DNA of 64,000 nt from an uncultured Microthrixaceae bacterium (GTDB taxonomy: Bacteria; Actinomycetota; Acidimicrobiia; Acidimicrobiales; Microtrichaceae). Below are positions 58,528 to 64,000 of the stretch, in pieces. Every line of letters begins with the position of its first letter. Position 1 is the first letter of the stretch. Where the stretch lies: the NCBI GenBank assembly GCA_963805905.1, contig CAWDVV010000001.1:3162259-3226258 (forward strand), written 5' to 3'. The notes under the pieces were generated by a model. It was not told where the DNA came from. It saw only the letters and a program-made list of their open reading frames with translations, and made no database searches. A program made the position numbers and the translations under genes.

Positions 58528-60552
58528 TCAGGATGGAGGCCTACCCCGATTCGGTCGTTGTTCTCTGGTCACCCAACAGGAGCTCCACCCACAATCGTCG
58601 ATCGGACTGGATCTGGTAGTCGACTGGCATCGGGAAGCAGAGGTTCCAATGAAAGTGTTGCACGTAGCAATCGTTGCAGATGCCCCAGCTGCTGCTGTCA
58701 CATCCGACCACCGGTCCTGCGGAAATTGCCAGGGATACGGAGCGCCTCGGACAGTCACGTGCTGGGTAGAGGTCGCGGTGCCACCGTGTGAGTCGGTCAC
58801 AACGAGGCGTGACGCTGTAGTCGACCGGACCGGTGAAGGTGTCTCCGCCCCCAACGTTGTGGGTGAACTTCACCGGGCTGGGCGTCGCTGCGGTCGAGGT
58901 CCCTCCAGAAGGGTTGGTTACATTCTGGAAGGTCCATGCGTAGGTGAGCGGATCACCTTCGGGATCAGAAGAGTTGTTGGTGATCCAGGAAGGACTGGTG
59001 AGTGTGGCTCCTGCTCGTATGGTCTTGTCGGCGAGCACGAACGCTGAAGTGGGCAAACCATTGATCGACACTGAAATCTCGTTCGACGAGGTACGCGACT
59101 CACCGCTGCCGTCGGTGATCGTGAGTGTCACGTCGTAGGTACCCCCCGAGGTGAAGGTGTGTGAAGGTGAGGCCGAAGTGCTGACCGGGCTGCTGTCGCC
59201 GAAGTCCCACTCGTAGGAGAGCGCCTCGTCGGAACCACTACACAGATCCGGATCCGTGGCATTGCTCGTGAATGACACCGTGATGGTTCCGTTGGACACG
59301 ATGGCGGCGGTGGAGCCATTGCCCTTGATCGTCGGGGTGGCCGGGGGACGGTTGGCGACGGTCACGTCGTGTTTGGCTTTGTCGCTGTCAGCACCGTCGT
59401 TGTCGGTCACCAGGAGTGAGACCGTCAGAGGATCCACACCGTCATTGGGACTCGAACGTCGCGAAACGGTGAGTGTGTGCGCTCGACGAGGTTTTGGTGG
59501 ACGTTGTTCCGTCCCCATAGTCCCAGTCGTAGGAGACGAGGCCACCCCCATACAGAGAGTCACCGCTATCGTTCGACCCCGTGGCTGTGAAGCTCACGTC
59601 CGTGCAACGATTTGTGGTGAACCCGTCTGCGGGGGCTGATATGACAGCGATCGGTCGACGATTGCGGACGTCGATACGCACGTAGTCGCTGGCCGGTGTG
59701 CCGTCTTCATTCGTTGCGGTGTAGATGGCTGTGTGCTCACCCAGATCGGTGTAGGCGTGGGTGGCGTTCGCCTGAGTCGATGTGGTTCCGTCACCAAAGT
59801 CCCAAAGGTGGGTGAGAGTGCCACCGGTGGGATCGGTGGAACCACTGGCGTCGAAGCTGATGGATTCGCCTCGGTAGACATAGTCCCTACCGGAATCCGG
59901 GTACGTAACCACAGTCACCACGATGGGTGACACATACACTGGCCCGCCCGGTGAGCTCACCGCTTCGCCCGTCCGTACGGTCGCAGTCATCGACACGGCT
60001 TCTCCCGCGACCGTTGTCACCTTCAGGTTGATCCTGCCGCAGTCACCCGACGGGGCGCCCGAACGAGCCGAGCACGTGATCGTGGTGCCGGACGGATCGA
60101 GGCGGCTCACCATCTCGGCAGAGGAGATCTGAGTGGCCGTCGTCACATTCGCGACGCCAGATCGACTGCCCCGTGCCCTCGGAATCGACGGTCTGGTTGT
60201 AGACGATGTAGGTCGATGCACCGGTTGCCAGCTTGAGGATGGTGTCCGATCCGGCCTGGGCCTCGCCGGCGCCACCTGTGCAGTCGGTACCCGCTGCGGC
60301 CGCTCCGACCGCAGCGGAATCCGCAGAAGCAACATCCCGGATGAAATAGGTCCGCAACAGCCCCACCGATGCGCTGTCGATGTTCCGCTCCTTTGCATCG
60401 ACCTGACCACGCATCGCGGTGATGGCCCATCCCATCAGGGGAATCATGATCAGCGACGCGATTGAAACTGTCAGAAGTGTCTCGACGAGCGTCACACCGC
60501 TCTGGGGAAGTCTGCGCCTGATCGTGTTCGACATCTCGACTCTCATGGTCAT
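58528..60552 (-). pseudogene. paralogue of the PKD-rich prepilin (PilW-like position), at least 3 frameshifts
   Basis: N-terminal PQSGVTLVETLLTVSIASLIMIPLMGWAITAMRG and SIWRREC (compare GFSLIEILVA...ITAWMILAM, SVWRRTC). PKD-like repeats (FDASGSTDPTGGTLTHLWDFGDG, SYDWDYGDG, LSYEWDFGDS, DPEGDPLTYAWTF). Pieces lie in ORFs 60043..60552, 59442..60410, 58541..59563 and 58528..58854. The 3' end is uncertain. Confidence 0.7.
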
Positions 60553-61025
60553 GGCCCCGGAGGAACCGGGTAGCCGGCGGGGTTGCGCTTGACGACCGAG
60601 AGATCGGTCTCACCGTCGGCATCGGTGAGGTGCATAGAAATCTGCTGGGCCCCCTGGTCGCCAGAGCAGCTGCTCACGTATGCATCGCTCGCCTGATCCC
60701 AGTACTCGACACCGGTTATCTCGGTGGTGATGTTGGAACCGGCGGGCGGAGTCCAGAGCCCTGCATCGCCCTGATAGTCAGCCTCCACCGCACAATTGAG
60801 GTAGGGGATCTCCTTCAGACTCTCGGCGTAGCTCGCCGATGCGGCGTTGAGGTTCTGCGACACCTTCGTCGACTCGCTGAGCTTCACGCTCGTGAGGAGT
60901 CCGAGACTCGCCGCCAGGATCACGGGAACCAACACACCAACGACGACGAGCACCTCAATCAAGGACACGCCGGACTGGCCGCGCCGATCGGTCTTCTGTC
61001 GAATATGCTTCATGGTCTCGCCCAT
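60549..61025 (-). CDS. small prepilin-like protein (PilV-like), paralogue of 48380..48826
   Basis: RRGQSGVSLIEVLVVVGVLVPVILAASLGLL. SYAESLKEIPYLNC and VEYWDQASDAYVSSC align with SASESIRSMPYP and IEHWDPDTGGFGAC of the other copy. ATGA overlap with the downstream gene, as in the intact operon. Confidence 0.75.
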   Translation of the reverse strand: MGETMKHIRQKTDRRGQSGVSLIEVLVVVGVLVPVILAASLGLLTSVKLSESTKVSQNLNAASASYAESLKEIPYLNCAVEADYQGDAGLWTPPAGSNITTEITGVEYWDQASDAYVSSCSGDQGAQQISMHLTDADGETDLSVVKRNPAGYPVPPGP

Positions 61026-61163
61026 CGCTACCTCTCAGGTAATCTCATGCTAAATGAACCTGCTTCGAATTGCACTTGGGCAATTCTCAACTGAGTTCTC
61101 AGGACATGAGCTCGCTCTCAGAAATTTCGAGCCATCCCAAACACCCGGACAGCTACGGATTCG

Positions 61164-62412
61164 TCAGAAATCGACCTGGTTGTAGATGCCGTACATCGCA
61201 GACACCATGGCAAGTGCCACGAAACCCACCACGACGCCGATGAACAGGATCATGATCGGCTCGAACCAAGCGGTCAGCTTGTCGACTGCGTAGGTCGAGT
61301 TCCTCTTCGTAGAAGCCCGCCGCGTTCTGGAGCTGGTCCGACAACTCACCGGTCCGTTCGCCGACACGGACCATCTGGACCACAGCGTTCGGGAACAGGT
61401 CGGTGCGTGCGAGTGGTTCAGCGAAGCCCTGACCCTCCAACACCGCGTCCATCGGCTCACGTTGAGACGTTCCTTGTATACCAGGTTGTTGGCGCAGTCG
61501 ATGGATGTGGGAAGCGCCTCGGGCAGCGGAACGCCGGAATCGAGCAGCGCTGCGAGGACACGTGGTGAACCGTTCAGTGGACGAGTAAGGTGACAACGGT
61601 GGAGATCAGCGGGTCTTCAGCTGAAGCGCATGCAGGTTCCGCCGCCCTTTCGGTGCGAATGTAGAGCAGCGCGGCAACGACAAAGACCACCAGCACCACC
61701 CCGGTGATGAGACCGGCAGGAGATTGCACGAAATCGGCGACAGCCATCAACATCCGGGTGGGCAAGGGCAGTTCGGCATCGAAGACGCGAAGAAGTCGGC
61801 GAACTTGGGGATCGCGAACACCACGATGATGAGCACCACAGGATCGACACGAACATGAGGATGATCGGGTAGATCAGCGCCTTGCGCACAGTGCGGCTGA
61901 GTTCCACATCGCGGCGGATGTAGGATGGAGTTGGTCGAATGCCTCGTCCATTCGCCCGGTGAGTTCAGCGGAGCCCAGCAGCGCCATGAAGTAGCGCGGG
62001 AACACATCGGCGTGGCGGTCAAGCGACTCGGTCACGGACCGGCCAGCTGACAACCCGATCGAGGACATCGGCCAGCACTTCCTTGAAGCGCTTGTTCTCG
62101 GCGTCCTCACGCAGGTTGGCGATGCGCCTCGGTCATCGGAACACCCGCGCGCAGGAAGGTCGCCATCTGCCGCGAGAAGTGCATGATCTCGACCAGCGGC
62201 ACCTTCTGCTTGGTGATCTCGACCTGCAGGCCCTTGCGCTCGGTGAGCTTGTGGACCCGCATGCCCTGAACTGCGAACTGATTGCGCGCGACGTTGGCCG
62301 ATGCGGCCTCGATCTGGCCCTTGACACGTTCCCGTCGAGATTTCCGCCTCATAGCGATACGACGATTGTCCCCGGACTTGCCGGCTTTCGGGTCAGTTTG
62401 CGTTGCTGTCAC
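61164..62412 (-). pseudogene. pilC: type IV pilus platform protein PilC (GspF family), about seven frameshifts
   Basis: GspF-type pieces lie in at least six ORF fragments: IMHFSRQMATFLRAGVPMTEA; FKEVLADV.../LDRHADVFPRYFMALLGSAELTGRMDEAF; VRKALIYPIILMFVSI; IIVVFAIPKFADFF; LFPNAVVQMVRVGERTGELSDQLQNAAGFYEEE; VDKLTAWFEPIMILFIGVVVGFVALAMVSAMYGIYNQVDF*. Confidence 0.8.
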
Positions 62413-62596
62413 GATTCCCCCTCAGCCGGCTTGCGCCGGCGCTGACTTCTTGTTTCCGAGATCTGGGCCATTGCTGGAACTGAAGCGACCCGGTGCTGCC
62501 GGTAGCTCCCATTTCGAATGCGTCGCCAGAGGAATCCTGTGACCCGTCGCTCGTTCTCGATCTTCCGCGGATCGAGTGTCCTTGGATCCGCTGGCC

Positions 62597-64000
62597 TTAA
62601 GTAGCCCACTGGAACCCTCGTCGAGTTCCAGTTTGCCTGGTTCGAACTCGCCGATCGGGCGAAATCTCGTATCCATGCCCGAGCGCGTAGACGCTTCGGA
62701 GCACGTCCTCAACGGTGGTCAGACCCTTGGCAACGAGGTCGAAGGCCTCTTGTTGCATCGTACGCATGCCCTCCTCGATAGCAACGGCCTTGACCTCATG
62801 GTGGGTGGCGTGTGAGCACAATCAGGTCACGGATCGTGTCGCGTGATCACCAGCAATTCGTACACACCCACCCGGCCCTCGGTATCCGGTGCCCGAACAC
62901 AGTTCACATCCTGAACCCTTGGTCCACACTGGGGTGAGATGGGAGTAGCGCTCGAGCAGCCGACCTCGGCGGCCGTTGGCTTGTAGGTCTCCGCGCAGCC
63001 GAACAACTCGCCGAGCAGGCGCTGACCGACGACGGCGCTCAGAGCAGAGGCCACGAGGAACGGCTCGATTCCCATGTCGGTGAATCGATGGATCGCGGCC
63101 ACCGCATCGACCGCGTGCAGCGAAGACAGCACAAAGTGGCCCGTCAGAGCCGCCTGCATCGCGATCCGGGCGGTCTCCTCGTCGCGGATCTCACCGACGA
63201 GGATCGTGTCGGGATCCTGGCGCAGGATCCCACGCAGGCCAGTTCGGCGAAAGTGATCCCGCTGCCGAGTGACCGGCATCTGGGTGATACCCTCGAACTG
63301 GTACTCGACAGGGTCCTCGATCGTGACGATGTTCTTGGTTTCGTCGTGGACCTCGTTGAGGGTGGCATAGAGCGTCGTGGTCTTGCCTGAACCGGTGGGT
63401 CCGGTGCACAAGAACATCCCAAGCGGTGCAGCTGACGATCTTGGCGGAACTGTCGGCCACATCATCGGTCATTCCCAGGTCATTGAGGCTGATCAGCGAC
63501 TTGGTCTTGTCAAGAAGACGGAGCACGGTCTTCTCGCCATGGACGGTCGGTACCACCGACACGCGGAAATCGATCGGCCGCCCATCGACGTTGACTCCGA
63601 ACTGACCATCCTGGGGCCGGCGACGCTCGACGATGTTCAGTTCGGACATCACCTTGATCCGACTGGTGACCGCCGGACCCATCCGTACTGGAGGTAGGTG
63701 GATGGCGGGGGTCATCGCACCATCGATGCGGTAGCGGACCGTAACGTCTTCCTCGGCCGGTTCGATGTGGACATCCGAGGCGCGTTGGCGAACAGCCTGG
63801 GTGATGACCCGGTTCACTACCTGAACAACCGGGGCGTTCTCATCGACTCTGGACGAAGTGTTGTCGCGGCTCGATCCGTGGCGTCAGCTCGTCATAGTGT
63901 CAGTTCGAAAGCCCGAATGGCATCGTCGGCGCTGTTCGAGCACGTTGTATGCACGATCCAATGACGTTCGATCTCGCTTCGAGCGCCGATCCGCAGAGCG
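62597..64000 (-). pseudogene. pilB: type IV pilus assembly ATPase PilB (GspE family), multiple frameshifts; 5' part beyond right edge
   Basis: VVNRVITQAVRQRASDVHIEP...RRRPQDGQF...VSVVPTVHGEKTVLRLLDK (ORF 63191..63817). Walker [57 protein letters not shown] (ORF 62827..63465). Tail HEVKAVAIEEGMRTMQQEAFDLVAKGLTTVEDVLRSV (ORF 62597..62821). The 3' boundary is uncertain. Confidence 0.8.

Noticed and set aside
62413-62712. ORF 62422..62712 (MDTRFRPIGEFEPGKLELDEGSSG...) between the pilB tail and the pilC start. It could be a small extra gene or part of pilB.
   Set aside because: It cannot be resolved because of the surrounding frameshifts. No family was recognised, so it is left uncalled.
52527-64000. 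Programmed ribosomal frameshifting as an explanation for the split pil genes.
   Set aside because: There are far too many junctions per gene, in both directions. No slippery heptamers or downstream structures were seen at the junctions I read.

Overview
This is a high-GC actinobacterial window (two WhiB-family genes; possibly Acidimicrobiia-like, which is a guess). GC content was judged by eye, not computed.

The left two thirds is mostly housekeeping and signalling:
- ppk fragment, HtrA protease, tatA, 5-formyl-THF cyclo-ligase.
- A ChlI-like AAA+ ATPase paired with a VWA protein.
- A two-component / MacB-type ABC / response-regulator-cyclase operon, next to a cNMP-binding protein and an MBL-fold hydrolase.
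- prmA, sdhCAB, queF, an Fpg/Nei glycosylase, mdh, two ABC exporter half-transporters, and an aldehyde dehydrogenase.

The right third is a cell-surface region:
- A glycosylation cluster: polyprenyl-phosphate sugar transferase, GT2, and a GT-C membrane protein.
- An intact three-gene prepilin-like operon (43465-48826): a PilV-like protein, a 703-aa PKD-rich prepilin, and a 936-aa PilX-like giant.
- An RnfD/NqrB-like protein fused to an FG-GAP domain.
- A type IV pilus locus (pilD, pilT, pilin, a second copy of the three-gene module, pilC, pilB) that runs off the right edge.

Three things stand out:
1. A 49-bp near-perfect palindrome occurs six times. Two pairs each bracket a single gene.
2. 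The minor-pilin/adhesin module is duplicated, once intact and orphan, once inside the pilus locus but broken.
3. Single-base frameshifts are strongly clustered. They hit essentially every long gene from 49.1 kb to the end, plus four genes elsewhere, while more than 40 kb of long ORFs is intact. This is either local consensus error or recent pseudogenisation.

Short tandem duplications, a heptamer G-quadruplex array and hairpin arrays fill several intergenic regions. All calls rest on my own motif recognition. No database search was run.
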